This document shows positions 1-7,691 of a DNA stretch of 46,135 bases, in pieces (the first letter of the stretch is position 1; every line of letters starts with the position of its first letter). The stretch is taken from contig JAPLWT010000031.1 of NCBI GenBank assembly GCA_026396455.1, positions 1 to 46,135 on the forward strand. The letters run 5' to 3'. The DNA comes from Candidatus Micrarchaeota archaeon (lineage in GTDB: Archaea > Micrarchaeota > Micrarchaeia > Burarchaeales > Fermentimicrarchaeaceae). Position numbers and translations under genes: made by a program. The notes under the pieces were generated by a model, which was not told the DNA's origin, did not search any database, and saw only the letters and a list, made by a program, of their open reading frames with translations.

Positions 1-1
1 C

Positions 2-856
2 GCATGCTCAGACAGCAGGCTGAAAAAGACTGGCGCAGCTAATTCAATTTTTCTTGTTTTGCTGGCAGGAAGCAAACCCGATTCATTGACAGAGGTTTTC
101 TCAAGCGAAGAAGTGCAGGCGATTGGGGAGGGTAAACTGAATGAGGGAATACTGGGCAAATCTGCCGGGGATTTTGGCGGGATGGTTGTTAATGCAGGCG
201 CGGTGGCAAAGCCCGAGCTTGCAAAGGGAGTTGACGTGATTGTTATCGGGCACGATGCGTGCGGAGCCCACAAGCTCGGCGAGCACGCTGAGGAGATTCT
301 CGGCTGGCTGCGCGAGAGGGGCTATGACCTTAGCAAGCTGGGTGTTAATGAAAAGGATTTCATGAGCATACCCGAGTCGGACCAGCACGTAAAGGAGCAG
401 GTCCAGAAGCTTGTAGATACAGATCAGAACAGGCGTGTGGTAGGAGTTGTTGTCAATTTTGGGACAGGTACTGCAAGGGTCGTTGTAGCCCACAAGGTGA
501 AAATGCCCAGTCAGATAGAAATCCCAAACCAAAAGATTCAGGGCGAGCTTCTCAAATCCCAAGCGCCTAAAGGAATTGTGATTGGAAGTACGAATGTGGA
601 CTTGCAAAAGGCGGTCGGAGCCGGGCTTGGCGAGTATTTTGCAGTTACTGATGACAAGTCTCTGAATTCAAAAATCTCTTTGATATACGCAGTTGCCCAC
701 TTGAACAAGGGCAACAACATAAAGGAAGTTGTATTCGTTGCGAGGAAGGAGGGTGAGGCGAACGAGCTCATGGAGAGCTGGAGGGCTAACCCGCTCTTCG
801 CGGATTTGGAGAAGTCCGGTGTAAAGTTTCTGGCAAAAGTTGCTGCTGGAAGCTGA
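2..856 (+). CDS. Beta-class carbonic anhydrase-like protein, 5'-truncated by the window, with a degenerate second CA-like domain
   Basis: The frame is open from base 2 and reads ACSDSR (CxDxR zinc motif), then IVIGHDACGA (HxxC). The ORF-track start at 59 is an edge artefact. Confidence 0.75.
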   Translation, partial: ACSDSRLKKTGAANSIFLVLLAGSKPDSLTEVFSSEEVQAIGEGKLNEGILGKSAGDFGGMVVNAGAVAKPELAKGVDVIVIGHDACGAHKLGEHAEEILGWLRERGYDLSKLGVNEKDFMSIPESDQHVKEQVQKLVDTDQNRRVVGVVVNFGTGTARVVVAHKVKMPSQIEIPNQKIQGELLKSQAPKGIVIGSTNVDLQKAVGAGLGEYFAVTDDKSLNSKISLIYAVAHLNKGNNIKEVVFVARKEGEANELMESWRANPLFADLEKSGVKFLAKVAAGS

Positions 857-910
857 ATCTGGTTGCAGCGCGCGCTGATTCTTAACCTGGAAAGTTACCC
901 CTCCCCAACC

Positions 911-918
911 TTTATAAA
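911..918 (+). promoter_or_regulatory. Putative TATA box
   Basis: TTTATAAA about 32 nt upstream of ATG 950. Confidence 0.5.
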
Positions 919-949
919 TGAGACAAGCCCCTCTCTAATCGGCGACCAT

Positions 950-1219
950 ATGCCTATAGAAGAAGAAATTGTTCATTGGTGGAAGGACGATAAAGGCGAG
1001 AACCACAGGAATGCCCTGAGAATAGAGTGCGAGAGCCCGCAGATGTCGAACGGATTTCCAAGGGATGGGCTCATAACCCTGAGGATAATGAACGCGGTGA
1101 GCGCCCAGGCAATAAAACTCTCCCCTGATGAGGCTCTGAGAATAAGTACTCAGCTGCTGACAATCGCAAAGGAGCTCATCAACGATAAGAGGGCCCTGTG
1201 GAAGAGCTTTGAGGAGTAG
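950..1219 (+). CDS. Hypothetical protein, 89 aa
   Basis: MPIEEEIVHWW...; ATG follows the TATA box; genome-like codon usage; no recognised motif. Confidence 0.65.
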   Translation: MPIEEEIVHWWKDDKGENHRNALRIECESPQMSNGFPRDGLITLRIMNAVSAQAIKLSPDEALRISTQLLTIAKELINDKRALWKSFEE

Positions 1220-1805
1220 TCCAGTTGCTCTCATCCTCAAGCTTCTCGAGAAATTCAAGCATAAACCTATGCCTCTCCTCGGCCATTCTCCTACCGCTTT
1301 CAGTATTCATTGTATCTTTTAGCTTAAGGAGCTTCTCGTCAAAATGCTTCACTGCATCTTTCAGGACTTTCCTGTGCTCACCGCTCCAGAGGAAGCAGCG
1401 GGCGATTCCCACAGCGCCAATTGCATCCAGCCTGTCCGCATCCTGCAGTATCTTCGCCTCCAAGCTCATGGCTTCCCCGCCCCTGCTGAACCTGTGAGTC
1501 CTCACGCACTCCAAAACGTTGTCCCTTTTCTTCTGGGGGAAGTCGGTCATGCCCAGCAGGCTTTCGGCTATCTCCAAGCTCTTTTTCTCATGCCCCTCCC
1601 CATCAAGGGAATAGCCGACATCGTGCAACAGGGCAGCTGCCTTCACAACATCCTCGTCTGCCTTCTCCTCCCTTGCCAGGTGTATCGCAATCGAGCAGAC
1701 CCTCTTGGCGTGCTCAAAGTCGTGAGTGGGGTCTTTCATCAGCTCGCTTGCAATCTTTTCAAAAGTCTCCTGCCATCCCATAATCTTCTTATAAACATTC
1801 AGCAA
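1179..1805 (-). CDS. HD-domain phosphohydrolase
   Basis: HDFEHAKRV...AALLHDVG...LQDADRLDAIGAVGIAR; the true start may be the internal Met (MGWQ). Confidence 0.9.
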   Translation of the reverse strand: MLNVYKKIMGWQETFEKIASELMKDPTHDFEHAKRVCSIAIHLAREEKADEDVVKAAALLHDVGYSLDGEGHEKKSLEIAESLLGMTDFPQKKRDNVLECVRTHRFSRGGEAMSLEAKILQDADRLDAIGAVGIARCFLWSGEHRKVLKDAVKHFDEKLLKLKDTMNTESGRRMAEERHRFMLEFLEKLEDESNWTTPQSSSTGPSYR

Positions 1806-1855
1806 TTTATAAGTAGTCGGTGGTGTTGCGAGAGATATAGCAGTAAATTAATCCG

Positions 1856-2200
1856 CTAGAGAAGCTTCAAATCCTTTGTGAATTTATCCACTTCCTCATC
1901 CTTCCATGGGCCGACAACCAGACAGGTGACAGTTCCGGGGGCAATCTGTGTGAAGCCAGCATCTTTTATTATCACGCAGGGGATCTCCCTCTTTATCTTT
2001 TCATACAGTTCGAAAAGCTCCCTCTCACTTTCAACTTTCACAACTATCTTCTTCTCCCCCTCTCTCTCCCACTCTTCAACAATTTCAGGCTCCTTCTCCT
2101 TGACAAGCCTATAGCCTGCCAGCGAGGCGTGGGAGACGTGCGCAGCAAGCTTCCCCTTCCCGAGCTTCAAATCGTTCCTTACAACTATGACCTGCTTCAT
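1856..2200 (-). CDS. pth2: Peptidyl-tRNA hydrolase Pth2
   Basis: KQVIVVRNDLKLGKGKLAAHVSHA...KDAGFTQIAPGTVTCLVVGP. Confidence 0.97.
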   Translation of the reverse strand: MKQVIVVRNDLKLGKGKLAAHVSHASLAGYRLVKEKEPEIVEEWEREGEKKIVVKVESERELFELYEKIKREIPCVIIKDAGFTQIAPGTVTCLVVGPWKDEEVDKFTKDLKLL

Positions 2201-2242
2201 TTCAATCTGCTTTATAAATTCACTATTGAATTAAATAAATAT

Positions 2243-3295
2243 ATGCACGACAGACTTGCAGAGCTGATAGACAACATAAAAGCTCTTGAGGAGAAGCGCT
2301 CTGAGCTCGCCCAAAAAATCAGGGAGGAGAACAGGGAAGTATACCCCGAGGCGCTTGAGAAGAACCTCATACACAAGGTTGAGCCCTTGGAGCTGAACTG
2401 CAGGGTTGCCGCAGTTGATGGCGGTCTTGCTGCGCAGGAGTTCCACGGATTCGACCTTGTGCTGACCAGAGCTGTCTCCGTAATATTCGACTACAAGAAC
2501 TCCAAAAGGGCATCGCACATCTACTACCCCTCAAGGATTCCGGATGCCGAGCCTGATGCCCTGACTGCACTGGACTCCCACGAGTTCACCTGGCACAAAT
2601 CGCTCATAAGGCTCAGAAAAGAAATTGAAGTTGCCTGTGAAAGTGTCGAGAAGCACAAACCCGATTACATCCTGCTTGATGGCTCGATAGTGCCGCAGAT
2701 TTCAGACAAGCCTTCGGAGGATTCTCCGGTGAGGCCCCTCTACAACAAACTTCTGGAAGATTACAAAAGGCTCTACTCCACATGCAAGGAGAAGGAATGC
2801 CAGCTCATAGGGGTTATAAAGGACAGCAGGGGCAAGAGGTTCATAGAGATTATCGAGAAGACCCTGCCAGCCCATCAGAAAGGCGTTCTTGCGACATCCC
2901 ACGACACCTCCTTCCTGCATTTCCTCCTCAATGCCGGCGAGAGGACTTTCGAGTTCCACTACTCCAATGCCGAGAAAGAGCATCATGTCCTGAAGGATTT
3001 GGGCGAGTGGAGCCCTTTCATCCATGCGTTCTATATAAAACCGGTCAAGGATGACAGGCCCCTCAGGGTGGAATTCCTCAAAACACATAGGGATGCAGGT
3101 GAGGTATCATCTTTAATATACTCCCTCTCCACAATAAACCAGAAATACGCCTATCCGGCAATACTGATTGAGGCAGACATGAGGGCTGCAATGGACCGGA
3201 GTGAGCTGGAGAGGGCGTGCAGGAATCTGTTGCTCAGGGCAGGAAGGAGAATCTCTTTCCTCCCTCTGAGAAGGGATAGCAGGTCATTCAGATGA
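2243..3295 (+). CDS. nurA: NurA nuclease
   Basis: VAAVDGG, ILLDGS, GVIKDS, PLRVEF, YPAILIEAD motifs; start placed at MHDRL, 25 nt after TTTATAAA (2211-2218); herA downstream. Confidence 0.92.
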   Translation: MHDRLAELIDNIKALEEKRSELAQKIREENREVYPEALEKNLIHKVEPLELNCRVAAVDGGLAAQEFHGFDLVLTRAVSVIFDYKNSKRASHIYYPSRIPDAEPDALTALDSHEFTWHKSLIRLRKEIEVACESVEKHKPDYILLDGSIVPQISDKPSEDSPVRPLYNKLLEDYKRLYSTCKEKECQLIGVIKDSRGKRFIEIIEKTLPAHQKGVLATSHDTSFLHFLLNAGERTFEFHYSNAEKEHHVLKDLGEWSPFIHAFYIKPVKDDRPLRVEFLKTHRDAGEVSSLIYSLSTINQKYAYPAILIEADMRAAMDRSELERACRNLLLRAGRRISFLPLRRDSRSFR

Positions 3296-3299
3296 TGAT

Positions 3300-4163
3300 A
3301 TGAAGTGTTCCAAGCATAAGGAGAATGACGCTGTTGCAATGTGCGATACGTGCAACCTATTCTACTGCGGGAACTGCGCTCTATCTTCAAATGGTCGCTG
3401 CCCCATATGCGGCAAGGCACTTATCTCCCCAGAAGCAGTACTCGTGGGCATGGGCCCTGAGGATATGTACCAGCGTCAGGGTGCACCCAGTCTATACAAA
3501 GCAGTAAGTTCGCTATACCTGGAGCCAGTGAGGACGATAAGGAGGCTGATGCAAAACGCATCCCTTTTTACCGGAGCCATAAACATCACCATTGTCTACG
3601 TAATAATAACATTGCTTAGACTCGCAACGATACTCGCTTTGCAGGTTTTCATAGTACCAGCGGCATCCGGGGGTGCAGGCCTGCAGAGTTTATCCGCGGG
3701 GCTATCGCAGCTTTTGTCAACCTCCTTCATAGTTAGTTTCCTTGTATCCACCTTCTTGGGGTACGGGGTATTCGTCATTTCCTGGTTAGCGCTGTCACTC
3801 ATCCTGTTTGCGCCTGCCAAACTGCTCGGAGGAAAAAGCGCTTTTGCCCAGCAAGCCTGCCTGCTTCCCTATGCAATGCTCGCGGTGCTGCCAATTGTTG
3901 TTTTTTCATTAGCGTCGATAATACTGCCCTACGGCATCGGAGTCCCACTTGCGTTTTTGGGCAATGCCGTAGCCCTTGTATACGCACTGTTGCTCACGAT
4001 TCTAATAATCAAAGAGATCAACGAGTTTGGCAAATTTACAACAGCAGTCTCGTTCTTCATCTCCTTCTCTATTACGGTAGCGCTCTCTGTAATGCTTTTG
4101 TCCATCATCTTCATAGACACTATAATAACTATAGTTGGAAAGTTACTCCCTCTAAGCATTTAA
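3300..4163 (+). CDS. B-box-like zinc finger fused to a Yip1-like multi-pass membrane domain
   Basis: N-terminal CSKH...CDTC...CGNC...CPICG, followed by about 5 hydrophobic helices. Confidence 0.7.
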   Translation: MKCSKHKENDAVAMCDTCNLFYCGNCALSSNGRCPICGKALISPEAVLVGMGPEDMYQRQGAPSLYKAVSSLYLEPVRTIRRLMQNASLFTGAINITIVYVIITLLRLATILALQVFIVPAASGGAGLQSLSAGLSQLLSTSFIVSFLVSTFLGYGVFVISWLALSLILFAPAKLLGGKSAFAQQACLLPYAMLAVLPIVVFSLASIILPYGIGVPLAFLGNAVALVYALLLTILIIKEINEFGKFTTAVSFFISFSITVALSVMLLSIIFIDTIITIVGKLLPLSI

Positions 4164-4188
4164 ATACCCAAATTACCAAAGTGATTCG

Positions 4189-5694
4189 ATGGAACTCGGC
4201 ACAGTAATATCCACCCTTGAAGGTCCTTCAACGACGGACTTCTCATTCGTTGTGAGCAACAACAAGGTGAGGAAGGGGCATTTCGTGCAATCCGAGACAG
4301 AGGAGGGGCTGCTTATAGGCGCGGTGACTGACATAACCCGCGCCAACAGGTATTTCGAGAGGGCGGAGAGCATTGCGGAGTACGAGAGGGGAGGGGAGTC
4401 CCTCTCAAAGAATTTTCCTACAACAGACTGGGAGTACGTAGTGGCAAATGTGCGGGTTCTCGGGGTTTACAGCGAGGGGCATCTTCTCAGGAGCACATTC
4501 CCTGCAGCGCCGGGAGCCAAAGTGAGCATAGCGGACGAGAAGCTTCTCAAGGGAATACTCGGGTTTGATGAAAACGGAATGCTGCTCGGCCAGCTGGAGA
4601 ACCACAAGCTTGATGTGAAGGTGAGCCTCAACAGGCTCTTGCAGAAGCATTTCGCAATTCTTGCCATGAGCGGCGCAGGAAAATCATACCTGACAAGCAT
4701 TCTAATCGAGGAGTTGCTTGAGAGGAAGCCCGAGCAGGGCAGGGTTGCCGTTGTGGTCGTTGATGTTCACGGGGAATACACGGGCTTCAAGAGCTCACCC
4801 GAATACAGCTCCAAGACAACAATCTTTGAGGGCAGGAAAATACGCATAGGTTTGGGCAAGGTATCCCCGCAGATACTGGGGGAGTTCCTTCCCGAGCTGA
4901 GCTCTGCGCAGAAGAGGGATATAGACAGCGTGCTGCTGGCGCTGAGGCAGGAGAAGAAGAGCAAGAACGAGCTTTTCGATTTGGACGATCTGATTGAAAA
5001 GGTTGGGAGCAGCGGCATGAAGGAGACAACAAAGGCACCTCTGCTTGCAACACTCTCATCACTGAAAGCTCTCAGGATATTCTCAAAGAGCGACAACCCA
5101 AGCGTTTATGAGCTCGCCCAGCCCGGCCGGCTTTCCGTGGTTGACCTGAGCAATATAGACAACATGAGGAAGAAGCAGCTTCTGGTCGCATACTTTGCAA
5201 GGAAGCTCTTCACCGCTAGGAAGAAGAGCAGGATACCGCCGTTCATACTGCTCATAGAGGAGTCACACAACTTTGCAAAGGAGAAGGCATCCAAGCAGGA
5301 TATGCTCTCCAAGAGCATAGTGGAGAAGATAGCCAGAGAGGGGAGGAAGTTCGGCGCATCCATAGGGCTCATAAGCCAGAGGCCTGTGCAGCTTAGCACC
5401 ACTGCCCTGTCGCAGGCGAATACCCATATAATAATGAGGGTGACCAACCCCTATGATATAAAGCACATAGGAGAAGGGTGCGAGGCCCTTGATGAATCGA
5501 TGCTGAAAAGCATAAGCACTTTGAGGGTCGGGGAGGCCCTCTTAATAGGGGAGGCCGTGAACTTCCCTGTTTTCGTGAAGATAAGGAGCAGGAAGTCAAA
5601 GAAATCAACAAAAGGGGAGGAGATAGACGTTCTTGCAAGGAAGTTCGAGGAGCTGAGGGAAAAGAAGAAGGCTGATGTTGAAGCATTCATATGA
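4189..5694 (+). CDS. herA: HerA DNA translocase/helicase
   Basis: HAS-barrel-like N-terminus, HFAILAMSGAGKS (Walker A), LIEESHNF, IAREGRKFG, ISQRP. Confidence 0.95.
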   Translation: MELGTVISTLEGPSTTDFSFVVSNNKVRKGHFVQSETEEGLLIGAVTDITRANRYFERAESIAEYERGGESLSKNFPTTDWEYVVANVRVLGVYSEGHLLRSTFPAAPGAKVSIADEKLLKGILGFDENGMLLGQLENHKLDVKVSLNRLLQKHFAILAMSGAGKSYLTSILIEELLERKPEQGRVAVVVVDVHGEYTGFKSSPEYSSKTTIFEGRKIRIGLGKVSPQILGEFLPELSSAQKRDIDSVLLALRQEKKSKNELFDLDDLIEKVGSSGMKETTKAPLLATLSSLKALRIFSKSDNPSVYELAQPGRLSVVDLSNIDNMRKKQLLVAYFARKLFTARKKSRIPPFILLIEESHNFAKEKASKQDMLSKSIVEKIAREGRKFGASIGLISQRPVQLSTTALSQANTHIIMRVTNPYDIKHIGEGCEALDESMLKSISTLRVGEALLIGEAVNFPVFVKIRSRKSKKSTKGEEIDVLARKFEELREKKKADVEAFI

Positions 5695-5703
5695 GGTGTT
5701 CGA

Positions 5704-6633
5704 ATGAACGAGCTTAGGAAAGATTGCCTGCTTGACAGATGGGTGATTATTGCTGAGAACAGGGGGAAGAGGCCTGTTGATTTCATACAGAAGCAGTGCG
5801 AGGCAAAGGAAGGGGTATGCGCGTTCTGCCCTGGGAATGAGCATCTCACTCCAAAAGAGATTTTAAGCATAAAGGGGCCGCATGGCTGGACTGTGAGGGG
5901 CTTTGAGAATATGTATCCAGCGACTTCGCTGGAGTTTCCTCAGGCCTTTGGCAGGCACGAGGTCATAGTTGAGATGAACCAGCACAACAAAAACCTTCAG
6001 GATCTTCCAGTAGGCGCCATAAGAGAAGTCATAGACATGTACTGCAGCAGGATAGATGATATAAGCAAGATAGACGGGATAGCGTATGTGCTCATCTTCA
6101 AAAATCATGGCGAGGAGGCAGGAACATCCATTCCGCACGAGCACAGCCAGCTGATAGCCCTCCAAAGAATTCCAACCCTTGTGGAGGAAGAGCTGACTGC
6201 CTACAAGAAGTATTTCAATAAGACTGAGAGATGCATATTCTGCGATATAATAACAATGGAAATGGAGTCCGACAGGAAAATTTTCGAGAACGACGGTTTC
6301 GCATGCTTCGCCCCATTTGCGTCAAGATTCCCGTTCGAGTCCTGGCTGCTCCCAAAGAGGCACGTTGCAAGCATAACCCAGCTCACCAATGACGAGAAGA
6401 ACTCTCTTGCCGATGGGCTGAAAACAATTCTCGGAAAGCTTGACAAACTTCTGAAAAATCCGCCATATAACTACTACCTGCACATAGCTCCGTCCGGGGA
6501 GGACTTCCACTTCCACATCGAGATATGCCCTAGAGTCACAAAGCTTGCGGGCTTTGAGCTGGGGAGCGGTATAATAATCAACACCATGCCACCTGAAAAA
6601 GCAGCCAGCGAATTAAAATCACTTACGCTTTGA
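5704..6633 (+). CDS. galT: Galactose-1-phosphate uridylyltransferase (GalT class I family)
   Basis: ELRKD...WVIIAENRGKRP, CAFCPGNE, GTSIPHEHSQ, AGFELGSG. Confidence 0.92.
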   Translation: MNELRKDCLLDRWVIIAENRGKRPVDFIQKQCEAKEGVCAFCPGNEHLTPKEILSIKGPHGWTVRGFENMYPATSLEFPQAFGRHEVIVEMNQHNKNLQDLPVGAIREVIDMYCSRIDDISKIDGIAYVLIFKNHGEEAGTSIPHEHSQLIALQRIPTLVEEELTAYKKYFNKTERCIFCDIITMEMESDRKIFENDGFACFAPFASRFPFESWLLPKRHVASITQLTNDEKNSLADGLKTILGKLDKLLKNPPYNYYLHIAPSGEDFHFHIEICPRVTKLAGFELGSGIIINTMPPEKAASELKSLTL

Positions 6634-7353
6634 CCTTCTCTTTCCAACCTTGTAAGTGACGTTCGCGAGCTTCGCCCCGAACTTTCTTATCCCGATGCTA
6701 TATGCGCTTCTCGGCTTGTGCCTCAGCACTGCCCTTCCGTACTCGGAAGACTTTATCACGTTGTTGTCATAGGGCAGGCTGCATAGGAGGGGCGTTCCCA
6801 GCCACTCCTTTGCTATTCTCCTCACTCTCTTCTCATTCTTCCTAACCTTGTTCAGCACAGTTCCGAAAATCTCAACCCCGTTCTTGTCAGCAATCATCTT
6901 AGTCTTCAGCGTGTTGGAGAATGAAGTCACCTCTGGGGTTGTTACGAGTATCACCCTGTCTGCTATCCTGAGGGTTTCGAGGGTGTTGGCTCCAAGGGTG
7001 CCTGGCGCATCCACCAGGACTATGTCTGCAGCCTTGCTTAGCTGCGTGCGCACTCCCCACAAATTCTGCGGCGATATTGCCTCTATGTCATCCGCAGAGA
7101 GGCTTGATGCTATCATCTTCACTCCCGCGGGATGGGTGAAAACAAGATCGTCAAAACTGACTCCATCAGAGAACACATCCTGTATTGAGCGCTCTGGGAA
7201 CGGAGGACCGAGGATGCAGGAAAGATCGCCGTTGCTAAGGTTGCCGTCAACTATGAGGGTGTCCACCCCGAAGTCGCTCAGGCAGAGTCCTAGGTTCGCA
7301 ACAAAGCTGCTCTTCCCGACCCCGCCCTTTCCCGATGCAACGGTTATAATCAA
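6619..7353 (-). CDS. MinD/ParA-family ATPase
   Basis: ASGKGGVGKS deviant Walker A, VLVDAPG, LVTTPE. Confidence 0.9.
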   Translation of the reverse strand: MIITVASGKGGVGKSSFVANLGLCLSDFGVDTLIVDGNLSNGDLSCILGPPFPERSIQDVFSDGVSFDDLVFTHPAGVKMIASSLSADDIEAISPQNLWGVRTQLSKAADIVLVDAPGTLGANTLETLRIADRVILVTTPEVTSFSNTLKTKMIADKNGVEIFGTVLNKVRKNEKRVRRIAKEWLGTPLLCSLPYDNNVIKSSEYGRAVLRHKPRSAYSIGIRKFGAKLANVTYKVGKRRSKRK

Positions 7354-7357
7354 ATTC

Positions 7358-7666
7358 TCACCTTATCCTCTTCTTGAGCTCCTTCTCCAAAAATTCCCTC
7401 TTCCCTCTCAACCCAAGATCGTCAAAGCTAACTGCTTGCTCGCCCTCATTGCTTCCCACAGCTTTTTGGCTGAGGGCAGTTCTCTCAGCCTCCAGCATTG
7501 CAACAACCTTTTCGGGATGAATTGTAATACTCTGTTCCTTTATTCGTGACATCAGGCTCTCAAGTTCTGTTATGCTCCAGTTACCGCCACTGTTGCGCAC
7601 GAATTCAGAGAGTAATCCCGAGTTTTTCAGCAGTTCGATTTGCGCATTTTCAATATTTTCCTCCAT
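7358..7666 (-). CDS. Hypothetical protein, 102 aa
   Basis: ATG-started ORF tightly packed between rad50 and minD. Confidence 0.7.
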   Translation of the reverse strand: MEENIENAQIELLKNSGLLSEFVRNSGGNWSITELESLMSRIKEQSITIHPEKVVAMLEAERTALSQKAVGSNEGEQAVSFDDLGLRGKREFLEKELKKRIR

Positions 7667-7691
7667 TTTACGTCACCAACTGTCGCCAAAC

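Noticed and set aside
1179..1219. 41-nt convergent overlap between the HD gene and the hypothetical ORF
   Set aside because: Short 3' overlaps are common in this compact window (e.g. 6619-6633, 35694-35707, 39832-39840)
2243..5694. HerA plus nuclease as an anti-phage system (Sir2-HerA/Nezha type)
   Set aside because: The partner is NurA with rad50 nearby, which indicates the housekeeping resection machinery
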